In this document: positions 1-10,642 of the stretch, one piece after another
Layout: each line of letters opens with the position of its first letter
How positions within the stretch are numbered: the first letter of the stretch is position 1
From: an uncultured Anaerolineaceae bacterium
GTDB taxonomy: Bacteria > Chloroflexota > Anaerolineae > Anaerolineales > UBA4823
Assembly (NCBI GenBank): GCA_964354345.1
Contig: CAYGZL010000116.1
Coordinates: 214 to 64,213 of the forward strand
Length of the DNA: 64,000 nt
Direction of reading: 5' to 3'
Made by a program: the position numbers and the translations under genes
Notes under the pieces: generated by a model
Seen by the model: the letters and a program-made list of their open reading frames with translations, nothing else
Database searches by the model: none
Told to the model about the DNA's origin: nothing

Positions 1-168
1 GATGACGGCTGCATTGTGCTCGAGCAAGTAATTAATCGTGGGCAGGGAGGCGACAATACGGGTGTCATCACTGACCTTGCCTTCTTTGATCGGCACGTTA
101 AAATCCACCCGCACCAGGGCATGTTTACCCTTGACATCGAGGTCTGTGATGAGCTTCTTGTTGAACAT
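1..168 (-). CDS. pgk: Phosphoglycerate kinase, N-terminal part (runs off window start)
   Basis: Manual translation of the minus strand from ATG at 168 gives [49 protein letters not shown], containing the PGK RVDFNVP and DDTRI motifs. Directly downstream of gap. Confidence 0.95.
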   Translation of the reverse strand, partial: MFNKKLITDLDVKGKHALVRVDFNVPIKEGKVSDDTRIVASLPTINYLLEHNAAVI

Positions 169-187
169 GATTACCTTCCAAATGGTT

Positions 188-1243
188 TTACAGTGATTTC
201 GCCATCAGGGCAGCCAGATCAGCGGTGCGGACCGAGTAACCCCATTCGTTATCGTACCAGGCGACGATCTTAGCGAAATTGTTCTCGGCCTTGCCCAACA
301 CCTGGGTGAAGGGCAGATCGACCGAGGAACTATGGGGGTCACCCTTAAAATCGATGCTGACTAACGGCTCATCGATAGCTTGTAGAATACCTTTCAGGGG
401 GCCAGCAGCCGCGTCGCGGAAATCCTGGCGCAGTTGCTCGGTGGTGGTGGCCTTCTCCAGCTCAACGGTCAGGTCGATGACCGAGACGGTGGAAATGGGC
501 ACGCGCAGGGCGTAGCCGTCCAGCTTGCCAGCCAGGTCGGGGATGACCAGCTTGATGGCCTTGGCGGCGCCGGTAGTGGTGGGGATGATGCTCATGGCGG
601 CGGCGCGGGCGCGGCGCAGGTCGCTGTGCGGCAGGTCCAGGATTTTCTGGTCATTGGTATAGGCGTGAATGGTGGTCATGAACGCACGGGTGATGCCATA
701 GGCGTCATGCACAACCTTGACGGCCGGAGCCAGGCAGTTGGTGGTGCAGGATGCGTTGGATACTACGTGATGGAGCGCCGGGTCGTACTTGTCCTCGTTT
801 ACACCCAGGACGATGGTGATGTCCTCGCCTTCGGCAGGGGCGGAGATGATAACCTTCTTGGCGCCGCCGCGGGTGATGTGGTTCTCAGCGCCTTGCACTA
901 CTTTACCCTTCTTATTCACGCCGTCTTTCTTGATCGTGAATAAGCCAGTGCTTTCGATGATGATCTCGACGCCCAAGTCGCCCCACGGGATTTTGCCCGG
1001 ATCGGTTTCTTTGAACGCCTTGACGGCCACGCCATCCACAAACAGCTCGCTCTCGCCCACTTCCACGGCGCCGTTGAAGCGCCCATAGTTCGAGTCGTAC
1101 TTGAGCAGGTGGGCCATGGTCTTGAGATCGCCGATATCGTTAAAGGCAACCACCTCAAGTTCTTCCGGATGATGATCGCGGATGGCCTTAAGCACTTGCC
1201 GGCCGATGCGGCCGAAACCATTGATACCTACTTTGACTGTCAT
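188..1243 (-). CDS. gap: Type I glyceraldehyde-3-phosphate dehydrogenase
   Basis: [13 protein letters not shown]-binding motif, catalytic [16 protein letters not shown]; GGAGG RBS upstream. Confidence 0.98.
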   Translation of the reverse strand: MTVKVGINGFGRIGRQVLKAIRDHHPEELEVVAFNDIGDLKTMAHLLKYDSNYGRFNGAVEVGESELFVDGVAVKAFKETDPGKIPWGDLGVEIIIESTGLFTIKKDGVNKKGKVVQGAENHITRGGAKKVIISAPAEGEDITIVLGVNEDKYDPALHHVVSNASCTTNCLAPAVKVVHDAYGITRAFMTTIHAYTNDQKILDLPHSDLRRARAAAMSIIPTTTGAAKAIKLVIPDLAGKLDGYALRVPISTVSVIDLTVELEKATTTEQLRQDFRDAAAGPLKGILQAIDEPLVSIDFKGDPHSSSVDLPFTQVLGKAENNFAKIVAWYDNEWGYSVRTADLAALMAKSL

Positions 1244-1326
1244 AGTGTGCCTCCAAAAATTTATATGCGATTACTAGATTAAGCGGCGTAAACTGTCCGC
1301 TAATTTTCAACCAGTCTCCAACCCTA

Positions 1327-2661
1327 CTATTCTACCAAAGGTCCGGTGCGTTCTTCATACAATTCTATGATCGATTTGGCTAACTTTAGTGAGTCGTGCC
1401 GCCAGGGAGATAAGGTGTCCACGACATCCACGGCATAGATGGCGTATTCTTCCTGCAGACCAGGTTCTGGTCGCACCCATTCAACGGTTGGCGGTAGACG
1501 GCCATCGTAACGATCGTTGATCAGGACGATGTCAAATATGCGTTGCCCAAGGTGCTCTTCCAGGGCGCGCAAGTGATCACCGCAGGTGTAGCCTTCGGTC
1601 TCTCCTGGCTGGGTGGCGACATTGCAGACATAGATTTTAAGCGCCCGGCTGGCATGGATGGCTTCCGTCAGGTCAGGCACCAACAAGTTTGGCAGAATGC
1701 TGGTATACAGGCTGCCCGGGCCAATCACGATCAGATCTGCGGCCAGGATCGCCTGGATCACCTCCGGGTAAGCAGGGGCATTGTTTGGTTCCAGCCAGAC
1801 GCGGCGGATTACCCCCTGCCGGCGGGGGATCTGGCTTTCCCCTTCGATGCGCACTTCATTCGCCGAATTGGGCAGCACGATATCGGCTTGCAGCTTCACA
1901 TCCTTCAAGGTCGAGGGCAGCACCCGGCCATGCACCGCCAGTACCCGCCCCGACTCGACCACCGCCGCTTCAAAGCTGCCAGTAATTTCAACCATGGCGC
2001 TGATGAACAGGTTGCCGAAGGTATGCCCATCCAACCCGGAGACGCCCTCTGAAAAGCGGTATTGGAATAGCTGCCCGAGTAAAGCTTCATCATCCGAGAG
2101 CGCCGCCAGACAGTTGCGGATATCCCCCGGCGGCGGGATGCCCAGGTCGCGGCGCAGCCGACCCGACGAACCGCCATCGTCCGCCACGGTCACCACGGCG
2201 GTCAGGTTATATGTGACCTCCTTCAGGCCGCGCAGCAGGGCGGCCAGGCCGTGCCCCCCACCCACCGCCACGATGCGTGGGCCGCGATCGCGTTGGTGGT
2301 GCGTCCACAGGCTGTCAATCACCCGGCGCCCGGGGCGCATGAAGGGCTTGATCAGCGAGCGGTTCACCTCCAGGAAGCCCAGGAAAATCAGTCCCAACCC
2401 TAATCCGCCAAAAATTATGGCGCGCAGCGGGCGCGAGAGGAAGCGCAGCGAAGCAGTGGAGAGCGCCGGCAGCCACCAGGTCTCCGGCGCGGTGCGATAG
2501 ATATCCAAGATGAGCACGGCGATGCCCACACCGATCAGCGTGGTTCCCAGCAAAATCAACAGGAGCCAACGTTTCACTCCAATCCCCGGAATCAACCAGC
2601 GCAAGGGGCTGGATAATTTTCTTAATAGCTTTTGGTAGCGAGATTCGCGCCTGCGTTTCAT
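1327..2661 (-). CDS. yvcK: YvcK/GlmR (CofD-like) gluconeogenesis/UDP-GlcNAc-binding factor with N-terminal TM segments
   Basis: GGGHGL, TVADDGGSSGRLR, PPGDIRNCL, GPGSLYTSI motifs; two hydrophobic N-terminal helices. Confidence 0.92.
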   Translation of the reverse strand: MKRRRESRYQKLLRKLSSPLRWLIPGIGVKRWLLLILLGTTLIGVGIAVLILDIYRTAPETWWLPALSTASLRFLSRPLRAIIFGGLGLGLIFLGFLEVNRSLIKPFMRPGRRVIDSLWTHHQRDRGPRIVAVGGGHGLAALLRGLKEVTYNLTAVVTVADDGGSSGRLRRDLGIPPPGDIRNCLAALSDDEALLGQLFQYRFSEGVSGLDGHTFGNLFISAMVEITGSFEAAVVESGRVLAVHGRVLPSTLKDVKLQADIVLPNSANEVRIEGESQIPRRQGVIRRVWLEPNNAPAYPEVIQAILAADLIVIGPGSLYTSILPNLLVPDLTEAIHASRALKIYVCNVATQPGETEGYTCGDHLRALEEHLGQRIFDIVLINDRYDGRLPPTVEWVRPEPGLQEEYAIYAVDVVDTLSPWRHDSLKLAKSIIELYEERTGPLVE

Positions 2662-2766
2662 TTCTAAAGATCATGATAGCAGTCTTTGAGTTTCACGTCA
2701 ATTGAAAAACTCCATTTCAGCAGCGCTTCCTGTTCAATCGTCCGGTTATTTGCTATACTTCCGGGC

Positions 2767-3705
2767 ATGAGTATACACATTGCTGTTGATGCTGGCGGCA
2801 CACAGTTGCGCGCTGCCATATGCCCTTCCGATGGCGCTTCTCCCCCCCAGATTTCCCGGATTCCCACCCAAGATGGCGATAGCACACCGCTTGAGCGGCT
2901 GTACCAGTTGTTGGATTCGGTCTGGCCGGTCGCTGAACCGGTAGCAGCGATTGCCGTCGCGGTTCCTGGACCGACAGATCCTTACGCCGGGATTATCTTC
3001 ACCGCGCCCAATATCCCCGGTTGGGATGACCTGCCCTTACAGCGCCTGCTGGAAGAACGCTACAGGGTGCCGGTGGCGATTGGTAACGATGCCAACCTGG
3101 CTGCTCTGGGCGAGTGGAAATTTGGCGCCGGCCGCGGCCACCACCACCTGGTGTACCTGACGGTCAGCACCGGCATCGGCGGCGGGGTGATCTGCGATGA
3201 TCGCCTGTTATTGGGTTACCACGGCCTGGCAGCCGAGTTGGGGCATGTCACCGTTTTGGCGGATGGGCCAGTGTGTGGTTGCGGCGCGCGTGGGCACCTG
3301 GAGGCCGTTTCATCCGGAACTGGCATCGCCAACTGGGTCAGAGAACAAATCACCTCAGGCGTACCGACCGCTTTGGCGAATATCCAACCGATCACGGCCA
3401 AGGTTGTATTCCAGGCCGCCCAGGCTGGAGATCCACTGGCGCACCAGGCTTTCACCCGGGCGGGCCGTTACCTGGGCATCGGGGTGGCCAACTACCTGCA
3501 CATCTTCAACCCTTCGGCGATTGTGTTCGGCGGCGGTGTCTCGCGCAGCGGTGAATTACTCTTCGCTCCGATGCGCCTCGCCATGCAGGAAGTCATCATG
3601 ACACCGCACTACCTGGATGGTCTGACGATTACTACTGCCGAATTAGGGGATGAAGCCGGATTAATGGGCGCTCTCGCCCTGGCGAAAGAGCTGCACCCTG
3701 GCTAA
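2767..3705 (+). CDS. ROK family sugar kinase (glucokinase-like)
   Basis: DAGGT, NDANLAALGE, STGIGGG, ELGH and CGCGARGHLE motifs. Start moved to ATG 2767 (MSIHIAVDAGG). Confidence 0.92.
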   Translation: MSIHIAVDAGGTQLRAAICPSDGASPPQISRIPTQDGDSTPLERLYQLLDSVWPVAEPVAAIAVAVPGPTDPYAGIIFTAPNIPGWDDLPLQRLLEERYRVPVAIGNDANLAALGEWKFGAGRGHHHLVYLTVSTGIGGGVICDDRLLLGYHGLAAELGHVTVLADGPVCGCGARGHLEAVSSGTGIANWVREQITSGVPTALANIQPITAKVVFQAAQAGDPLAHQAFTRAGRYLGIGVANYLHIFNPSAIVFGGGVSRSGELLFAPMRLAMQEVIMTPHYLDGLTITTAELGDEAGLMGALALAKELHPG

Positions 3706-3718
3706 CCGTGCGCCCAAC

Positions 3719-5407
3719 TTGAATAAATGCTGGCAGGTGGCGCCGCCTCCAAAAGCGGAAGATGAGCGCGACCTGTTGAATTATCCGCCGATCCTGCGCC
3801 GGATTCTGATCAACCGGGGTTACGGCACACCCGAAGCAGCACAGGAATACCTGGAAGCGCGCTCACCGGCAGGCACGGCGTCAAGGAACCTGTCGGGTAT
3901 GTCAGCGGCAGTCGACCGCATCCGAGTGGCGCTCCACCAGGAAGAGCCAATCGTGATCTATGGCGATTATGATGTAGATGGGGTAACTGCCACGGCGTTG
4001 CTCTGCCAGGTTCTACTCGGTCTGAACGCGGATGTACACCCCTATATCCCCAAGCGCCTGGATGAAGGCTATGGGTTGAACAATGAGGCGTTGGACGTCA
4101 TCCACAGTGGTGGCGCGCGCCTGGTGATCACGGTAGATTGCGGCATCCGCTCGCCAGGCGAAGCGCAACACGCACATGAATTAGGGCTGGACCTGATTAT
4201 TACGGACCACCACCAGCCAGCAGCCAGCCTGCCCGAGGCGTGCGCGGTGATCTGTCCCAAGCAACCCGGCGATACCTATGGCGAGAAGGAGCTCTCCGGG
4301 GTCGGTTTAGCCTACAAGCTGGCCTGCGCCTTGCTCGGAGAAGAGGATGCACACCACCTGGCCAGTCTGCTGGATCTGGTCACCCTGGGAACGGTGGCCG
4401 ATCTCGTGCCGCTGCTGGGGGAGAACCGCGCCCTGGTGCGCGTCGGGCTGGAGTACCTGCGCACCCCGCAGCGCCAGGGCCTGCTCTCGCTGATGGGTGT
4501 GGCCGGGCTGGCGCCCCAAAAAATCAGCGCGGGGGACATTGGTTATGTCCTGGGACCGCGCCTGAACGCAGCCGGCCGGTTGGATTCAGCGCTGGCTGCC
4601 CTGCGCCTGCTACTCACGCAAGATGTGACCGAAGCCGGTCAATTGGCTCAGCAGTTAGATGTGCAGAACCGCCAACGCCAGCAGCTCACCGAGCAGATCC
4701 AAAAACACGCTGAGCAATTGGCGCTGGAGCAAGCGCCTGATTCGTTACTGCTTTTTGCAGCCCATCGCGATTACAACCCGGGTGTGGTGGGACTGGCCGC
4801 GGCGCGCCTGACCGAACTCTATTACCGCCCGGCGATCGTCGCCTACCAGGGTGAGGAGTTCACGCGCGGCTCCTGCCGCAGCATCCCGGAGCTGCACATC
4901 ACGCAGGTGCTCGACCAATGTGCTGACTTACTCGACCATCATGGCGGACATGCTGCAGCGGCAGGCTTCACGGTGACCAATCGCAACCTGCCCGCTTTGG
5001 TTGAGCGCCTGCACCTGCTGGTGAACAAACAACTGACCGGACGCGACCTGTGCCCGGTGTTACGCGCCGATGCAGAGCTGCGCCTATCCGACCTGAAACC
5101 CGATCTCCTGGGGCAGCTCAAGCGCATCGAGCCGACCGGTCAAAGCAACCCCGCGGCGGCTTTCGTCTCACGCGGTCTGCGCATCACCGGGCGGCGCGCC
5201 GTCGGACGCGACAACGCCCACCTCAAGCTGACTGTCACCGATGGTCGGATCACCTATGACGCCATCGCCTTCCGCCAGGGTCACTGGATTGACCGGTTGC
5301 CCCCCACAGTTGATCTACTCTATTCCTTCGAAGTCAGCGAGTATAACGGGCGCAGCTACCTGCAACTCAACGTGCGCGATCTGAAGCCGGCCGGCGTTCC
5401 CGATTGA
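3719..5407 (+). CDS. recJ: Single-stranded-DNA-specific exonuclease RecJ
   Basis: GDYDVDG, TVDCG, TDHH, GTVAD, PRLNAAGR and GGHAAAAG DHH/DHHA1 motifs. Confidence 0.96.
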   Translation: MNKCWQVAPPPKAEDERDLLNYPPILRRILINRGYGTPEAAQEYLEARSPAGTASRNLSGMSAAVDRIRVALHQEEPIVIYGDYDVDGVTATALLCQVLLGLNADVHPYIPKRLDEGYGLNNEALDVIHSGGARLVITVDCGIRSPGEAQHAHELGLDLIITDHHQPAASLPEACAVICPKQPGDTYGEKELSGVGLAYKLACALLGEEDAHHLASLLDLVTLGTVADLVPLLGENRALVRVGLEYLRTPQRQGLLSLMGVAGLAPQKISAGDIGYVLGPRLNAAGRLDSALAALRLLLTQDVTEAGQLAQQLDVQNRQRQQLTEQIQKHAEQLALEQAPDSLLLFAAHRDYNPGVVGLAAARLTELYYRPAIVAYQGEEFTRGSCRSIPELHITQVLDQCADLLDHHGGHAAAAGFTVTNRNLPALVERLHLLVNKQLTGRDLCPVLRADAELRLSDLKPDLLGQLKRIEPTGQSNPAAAFVSRGLRITGRRAVGRDNAHLKLTVTDGRITYDAIAFRQGHWIDRLPPTVDLLYSFEVSEYNGRSYLQLNVRDLKPAGVPD

Positions 5408-5411
5408 TCCC

Positions 5412-6095
5412 TTAATCTACAAAGCGGTACTTCAACAGCGTCCAAACCGCAACGAAGGCATCCTTCAGCTTAATCTTCTTGCCTTCGGTATAATCGCGCG
5501 GGTTGAAGCTGATCGGCACCTCGTAGATGCGGCAGCGGCGTTTGAGTACTTTGGCAGTAAATTCGGGTTCGAAATCAAAACGCCGGGCGCGGATGTTCAA
5601 CCCCAGCACGGCGGAACGCCGGAACACCTTGTAACCGGTCTCCATATCGGTGAGGATATTGTTATAGAGCAAATTTGTCAGGAAAGTCAGCAGCTTATTG
5701 GCCACCATATGCCAGTACATGGTCGGCCGGCGGGGCCCACCCAAAAAGCGTGAGCCAAAAACAACATCGGCCAGGCCTTCCTGGATCGGCTTGAGCAGCG
5801 CCGGGTAATCGCGCGGGTCATATTCCAGATCAGCATCCTGGATAATCACAACATCGCCCGTTGCCTGTAGGACACCAGTCATTACCGCGGCGCCCTTCCC
5901 CTGGTTACGCTCGTGCAGGATGACTCGGATCGTACCCGAACCATCCAACCTGGCTAACACCTGGCGGGTTTCATCAGTCGAGCCATCATCCACCACCACG
6001 ATTTCATCGGCAATCTGCGTGGCCTGCACCCGGCGCAGGATTTCCTCAACCGTTTGAGCTTCATTATAAGCAGGAATTACCACAGATATTTTCAT
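5412..6095 (-). CDS. Glycosyltransferase family 2 (polyprenol-phosphate mannosyltransferase-like)
   Basis: [39 protein letters not shown] motifs. Confidence 0.9.
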   Translation of the reverse strand: MKISVVIPAYNEAQTVEEILRRVQATQIADEIVVVDDGSTDETRQVLARLDGSGTIRVILHERNQGKGAAVMTGVLQATGDVVIIQDADLEYDPRDYPALLKPIQEGLADVVFGSRFLGGPRRPTMYWHMVANKLLTFLTNLLYNNILTDMETGYKVFRRSAVLGLNIRARRFDFEPEFTAKVLKRRCRIYEVPISFNPRDYTEGKKIKLKDAFVAVWTLLKYRFVD

Positions 6096-6109
6096 AACGC
6101 CGATTATAC

Positions 6110-6919
6110 TTGTTAATAATAGAGCATGCTATAATGACCGCAAGAGCGATGTTCGAACAACTCCCTCGCCCCACTATTTTTGCTCATCGCGGCTCCAGCG
6201 CCCACGCTCCCGAAAACACCCTGGCTGCCTTTGAACTGGCATTGCGCCAGGGCGCGGATGGCATTGAGCTGGATGCCAAGCTGAGCGCCGATGGTCAGGT
6301 CGTCGTCATTCATGACCAGACGGTTGAGCGGACCACGGATGGCAGCGGTCGCGTCAAAAGTTTGACGCTGGCTGAAATGCGTAAGCTGGACGCCGGCAGC
6401 CATTTTGACTTCGCCTTTCGCGGCGAATGTATCCCTACACTGGACGAAGTCTTTAAGGCGGTTGGCCAGCTTACTTTCATCAACGTTGAGTTGACCAATT
6501 ACACCTCGATTACAGATGATTTGCCAGTCAGAGTCGCCGAATTGGTCAAGCGCCATAAACTTTCCCGGCGTGTGCTTTTTTCATCGTTCAATCCGGTCGC
6601 CCTGCTGCGCATCCATCCCCTGGTTCCCGATGCGCCGATCGGTTTGCTGGCCGGACCAGGCCGGACGGGCGCTGTGGCGCGTTCCTGGTTGGGAACGTGG
6701 CTGGGATATCAATCGCTCCACCCTGAAGTAAGCGATGTCACTGCTGAGCTGGTTAAGCGAGTTCACCGGCGCGGTTGCCGGGTGTTTGTATACACCGTGA
6801 ATCTACCGCAGGAGATGCGCCGCCTGTTCGATCTGGACATAGACGGCATCTTCACCGACGATCCCGTCCTGGCTCAGCAGGTACGCCAGGAACCAATACC
6901 GCGCAAAGTAGCTGGATAG
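6110..6919 (+). CDS. Glycerophosphodiester phosphodiesterase
   Basis: [24 protein letters not shown] and GIFTD motifs. The real start is probably a downstream ATG (about 6134-6149). Confidence 0.92.
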   Translation: MLIIEHAIMTARAMFEQLPRPTIFAHRGSSAHAPENTLAAFELALRQGADGIELDAKLSADGQVVVIHDQTVERTTDGSGRVKSLTLAEMRKLDAGSHFDFAFRGECIPTLDEVFKAVGQLTFINVELTNYTSITDDLPVRVAELVKRHKLSRRVLFSSFNPVALLRIHPLVPDAPIGLLAGPGRTGAVARSWLGTWLGYQSLHPEVSDVTAELVKRVHRRGCRVFVYTVNLPQEMRRLFDLDIDGIFTDDPVLAQQVRQEPIPRKVAG

Positions 6920-6930
6920 GTCGGGAGACA

Positions 6931-7752
6931 ATGGATATCACACCGGACGAAATCATGGTCGCCTGTATGGCGCGCCAGGTGCGCGATGGCGAGATCGTTG
7001 CTCAAGGGTTAGCCACGCCTTTGGCGGCAGCCGCTTACCTGTTGGCACGCCACACCCATGCCCCCCACCTGTATTTTGCCTCCGCCATTGGACAGGGTAT
7101 CTGCCGTGACCCGGCGCCTCTGAAACTGGCCGCCATCGAGAGCCTGTGGCTGGATCGTTCGCTGAACAATGTGGGCTTCGTACGCGCGGTGGTGGATATG
7201 TTGCCCTCCCTGCGCCCGATCGAGTTTTTCCGTCCCGCCCAGGTGGATCCGGCTGGTAATTTTAATAATATCGCCTTTGGAGAGGATTATCGCCGGCCGC
7301 GCTTGCGTTTACCCGGCACGGGAGGCATCCCGGATGTAACTACTTTCATCAGTGATATTATGCTCTACGTGCCACGCCACTCGCGCGTCACTTTCGTCGA
7401 AAAGCTAGATTTCATTTCCGGATTAGGTCACCATCCCGCCCGTCGCCAGGGCGCCGGACCACGCTACCTGATCTCCGATCTGGGGCAATTTGATTTCTCG
7501 GATGGCCGGATGCGTCTTACCAGTTACCATCCCGGGGTTGATATCAGCCGCATCCAGGCACGCACCGGGTTCATATTAGAAATCGCCCCCGATATCCATG
7601 TCACCCCGCTGCCCACCGATGACGAGTTGCGCCTGCTGCGAGAAGAAATAGATCCGCTGGGCATCCGCCGCCTGGAAGGCCTGAGCGGCGCGGCCCGGCG
7701 TGACCTGTTACACCAAATCCTGGCTCGAGAATCTGCCGAACTGAGTACCTGA
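6931..7752 (+). CDS. CoA-transferase beta subunit (glutaconate/3-oxoadipate CoA-transferase B-like)
   Basis: AQVDPAGNFN, RLPGTGG, FVEKLDFISGLG, YLISDLGQFDF, DELRLLREEIDPLG. Start at ATG 6931 after GGGAG, just past the GDPD stop. Confidence 0.82.
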   Translation: MDITPDEIMVACMARQVRDGEIVAQGLATPLAAAAYLLARHTHAPHLYFASAIGQGICRDPAPLKLAAIESLWLDRSLNNVGFVRAVVDMLPSLRPIEFFRPAQVDPAGNFNNIAFGEDYRRPRLRLPGTGGIPDVTTFISDIMLYVPRHSRVTFVEKLDFISGLGHHPARRQGAGPRYLISDLGQFDFSDGRMRLTSYHPGVDISRIQARTGFILEIAPDIHVTPLPTDDELRLLREEIDPLGIRRLEGLSGAARRDLLHQILARESAELST

Positions 7753-7756
7753 CCGC

Positions 7757-10642
7757 ATGCCGTCCCGAATCCGTTTGCACACCCGGCTGATTTCACTGCT
7801 CCTGATCGTCTGGATCAGCGGGATCCTGTCGCCTGGCTTTTCAGGGACGACATCCTTCAACAATCCCTCGCTTGCCCACGCCAAAGCGCCAGGCGCGTCC
7901 AATTTACAGCCCAGCCAGGACTCCGCCAACCAATTGCTGGCAAAGCTGAGTCCTGAAGAAAAAGTTGGCCAACTTTTTCTGGTAACCTTCAAAGGGGCAG
8001 TCATTGCTCCGAATGCCAATATTATTGACCTGATTATGAACCGCCATATCGGCGGCGTGGTCTTGTTATCGTCCAACGATAACTTCCTGGGCGGAGATAA
8101 AACCACCAAGGCGGTAGTAGATTTGAACCGCCAGCTGCAACAATTCCGCTCGGATTCCACTCTAAAAACCACAACTGATCCGGTCTCAGGTCTTAGTTTC
8201 ACACCTGCTTATATCCCCCTCTTCATCGGCCTGTCACAAGAAGGGGACGGCTATCCATATAACCAGATCCTGTCTGGGCTGACCGCGCTGCCAAATGAAA
8301 TGGCGCTCGGTGCCACCTGGAAACCAGAATATGCAAGGCAGGTCGGCAACATCCTGGGGAAAGAGCTGGTCACGCTAGGGATAAACTTGCTGGTCGGCCC
8401 TTCACTCGACATATTAGAATCGCCGCAAACCGAAGGATCGAACAACCTGGGGACACGCACATTCGGCGGCGATCCTTTCTGGGTGGGTAGCATGGGACAG
8501 ATGTATATCCAGGGGATTCATGAAGGCAGCCAGGGTCAGCTTGCAGTGATCGCCACACACTTCCCCGGGCATGGCGGTTCAGACCGTTTGCCGGAAGATG
8601 AAGTCGCCACAGTGCGCAAGTCTTTAGAGCAACTCAAGAGCTTCGAGCTGGCCCCATTTTTCAACGTTACCGGCAATGCTCCGTCGCCAGAGGCGACCAC
8701 CGATGGCTTATTGGTTTCCCATATCCGCTACCAGGGATTGCAGGGCAACATTCGCGCCACAACGCGACCGATCAGCCTGGATCCGCAGGCGCTCAACTTA
8801 TTGATGGCTTTGCCCCAGTTCGATCAATGGCGCCAGAACGGCGGTTTGATCGTCAGCGATAACCTGGGTTCGCAGGCCGTCCGCCGCTTTTACAGTCTGA
8901 CCAGCCAGCCTTTCGATATGCCGCGCCGGGTCGCCTTGAATGCCTTCCTGGCGGGGAATGATTTACTGTATGTCGCTGATTTCACCTCCGGAGATCTGGA
9001 TGCTTACACCGCAACGCTGCGCACGCTGGATTTCTTTGCCCAGAAATACCGCGAGGATACCGCTTTCGCCCAACGTGTAGACGCCTCAGTGCTGCGTATC
9101 CTGACATTAAAATACCGCCTGTATGGAGAATTTTCCATTGAGAAAGCGCTACCCACGACTACCAACCTGGCCAAGTTAGCCAGCGATCCCAATGTCACAT
9201 TCGAGGTAGCCCGCCAGGCGGCGACTCTGCTCAGTCCCAGCCAGGAGGAGTTAGACGCTACCATCCCAGATCCTCCCAACCAAAATGACCGCATTGTGAT
9301 CATCAGTGACACGCGCACTGCCAGACAATGTAGCCAATGTCTCGATAGTCCCTTGTTGGCTGTACGATCCCTGGAGGAAGTGATTCTCCGCCGATATGGA
9401 CCGCAAGCGGGTGGACAGGTGACAACGAACAACCTGATCTCATACTCCCTAAGCGATTTGGACAAAATGTTGCTCAGCTCCCGCCGGGATTCAGCGCTTG
9501 AGCGCAGCTTGAGCCGCGCCAACTGGATCGTCTTTGCCATGCTGAACGCCAGTAGCGAGATCCCCTCTTATCAGACCCTCAGCATGTTCCTGGCCGAACG
9601 TCCCGACCTGTTCCAACAAAAACGCCTGATCGTGTTTGCATTCAACGCTCCCACTTTCCTAGATGCAACCAATATCTCCAAACTGACCGCTTATTATTGC
9701 TTGTATAGCAAGATGCCCCAATTTATTGATGCCGCGGCTTACCTGCTCTTCCAGGAGCTACGCGCGACAGGGGCTCCACCGGTGTCCGTGCCGGGAATCA
9801 GCTACGATCTCAACGCAGCTCTCTTCCCCGATCCAAATCGTGAAATATTACTCGAGTTGGATCTCCCCATCCCTGTAGAACAAGAAACCACCACCACACC
9901 GACTCCCACTCAAGCTGAAGTTCGCATCGGCGATATCATCGCCTTACGCACTGGCATCATCCTGGATCATAACGGTCATCCAGTACCAGATGGCACACCC
10001 GTCGATTTTGTTATCAACGGGGTGAGCTTTACCAGTCCAATAAGGCAGTCAACTTTCACTCAAAAGGGTATCGCCCGGATGGCCTACACCGTGAATAATC
10101 CAGGAGTGCTGGAAATTTACGTCGAAAGTGAGCCAGCCAGGTCACAAACCTTGAAATTCGATATTCCTTCCCCAACAGGAACCGAGACGATACCAGCTCC
10201 TACAGAAGAGACTCCCGCGCCCACTACCCCGCCGACCCCAATCCCGACCGCCACCCTGACCCCCATCCCCACAGCTCCGCAACCGCAAGTAGTTCTGCCG
10301 CCTTCTATACCAGGTAAAGCGCCACGCCTGGCCGATTGGCTGATCGCGGTGTTGCTGGCAGGTCTCGTTTCTTGGGTTGCTTACCGGATTGGATCGCTTA
10401 TCGGCCTGGTCCGCTGGGGTGTCCGAACGGCGTTCCTGGCCTTCATCGGCGGGCTGGTCGCGTATTCTTACCTGGCCTTACAACTGCCAGGCAGCAGTTA
10501 TGTAGTTCGCCATTCCATCGCCCAAGGCGTTTTTTTGGTTACATTGGGGGGTGTATTGTTGGGTATTCTGATCGCCCTGGTGTGGCGTTTCTTCTCAGAA
10601 GCCCGTACCTCACGCGCCAATCAGATCAGCGAACCAAGGTAA
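7757..10642 (+). CDS. Large membrane-anchored glycoside hydrolase family 3 N-domain protein (NagZ-like)
   Basis: Signal/anchor, LSPEEKVGQLF, SQEG, MALGATW, RTFGGDP, HFPGHG, SDNL, AGNDLL; Thr/Pro linker and three C-terminal TM helices. Confidence 0.8.
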   Translation: MPSRIRLHTRLISLLLIVWISGILSPGFSGTTSFNNPSLAHAKAPGASNLQPSQDSANQLLAKLSPEEKVGQLFLVTFKGAVIAPNANIIDLIMNRHIGGVVLLSSNDNFLGGDKTTKAVVDLNRQLQQFRSDSTLKTTTDPVSGLSFTPAYIPLFIGLSQEGDGYPYNQILSGLTALPNEMALGATWKPEYARQVGNILGKELVTLGINLLVGPSLDILESPQTEGSNNLGTRTFGGDPFWVGSMGQMYIQGIHEGSQGQLAVIATHFPGHGGSDRLPEDEVATVRKSLEQLKSFELAPFFNVTGNAPSPEATTDGLLVSHIRYQGLQGNIRATTRPISLDPQALNLLMALPQFDQWRQNGGLIVSDNLGSQAVRRFYSLTSQPFDMPRRVALNAFLAGNDLLYVADFTSGDLDAYTATLRTLDFFAQKYREDTAFAQRVDASVLRILTLKYRLYGEFSIEKALPTTTNLAKLASDPNVTFEVARQAATLLSPSQEELDATIPDPPNQNDRIVIISDTRTARQCSQCLDSPLLAVRSLEEVILRRYGPQAGGQVTTNNLISYSLSDLDKMLLSSRRDSALERSLSRANWIVFAMLNASSEIPSYQTLSMFLAERPDLFQQKRLIVFAFNAPTFLDATNISKLTAYYCLYSKMPQFIDAAAYLLFQELRATGAPPVSVPGISYDLNAALFPDPNREILLELDLPIPVEQETTTTPTPTQAEVRIGDIIALRTGIILDHNGHPVPDGTPVDFVINGVSFTSPIRQSTFTQKGIARMAYTVNNPGVLEIYVESEPARSQTLKFDIPSPTGTETIPAPTEETPAPTTPPTPIPTATLTPIPTAPQPQVVLPPSIPGKAPRLADWLIAVLLAGLVSWVAYRIGSLIGLVRWGVRTAFLAFIGGLVAYSYLALQLPGSSYVVRHSIAQGVFLVTLGGVLLGILIALVWRFFSEARTSRANQISEPR

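Noticed and set aside
6775-6930. N-terminal extension of the CoA-transferase ORF
   Set aside because: It overlaps the GDPD gene, and ATG 6931 with a GGGAG RBS is a better start.
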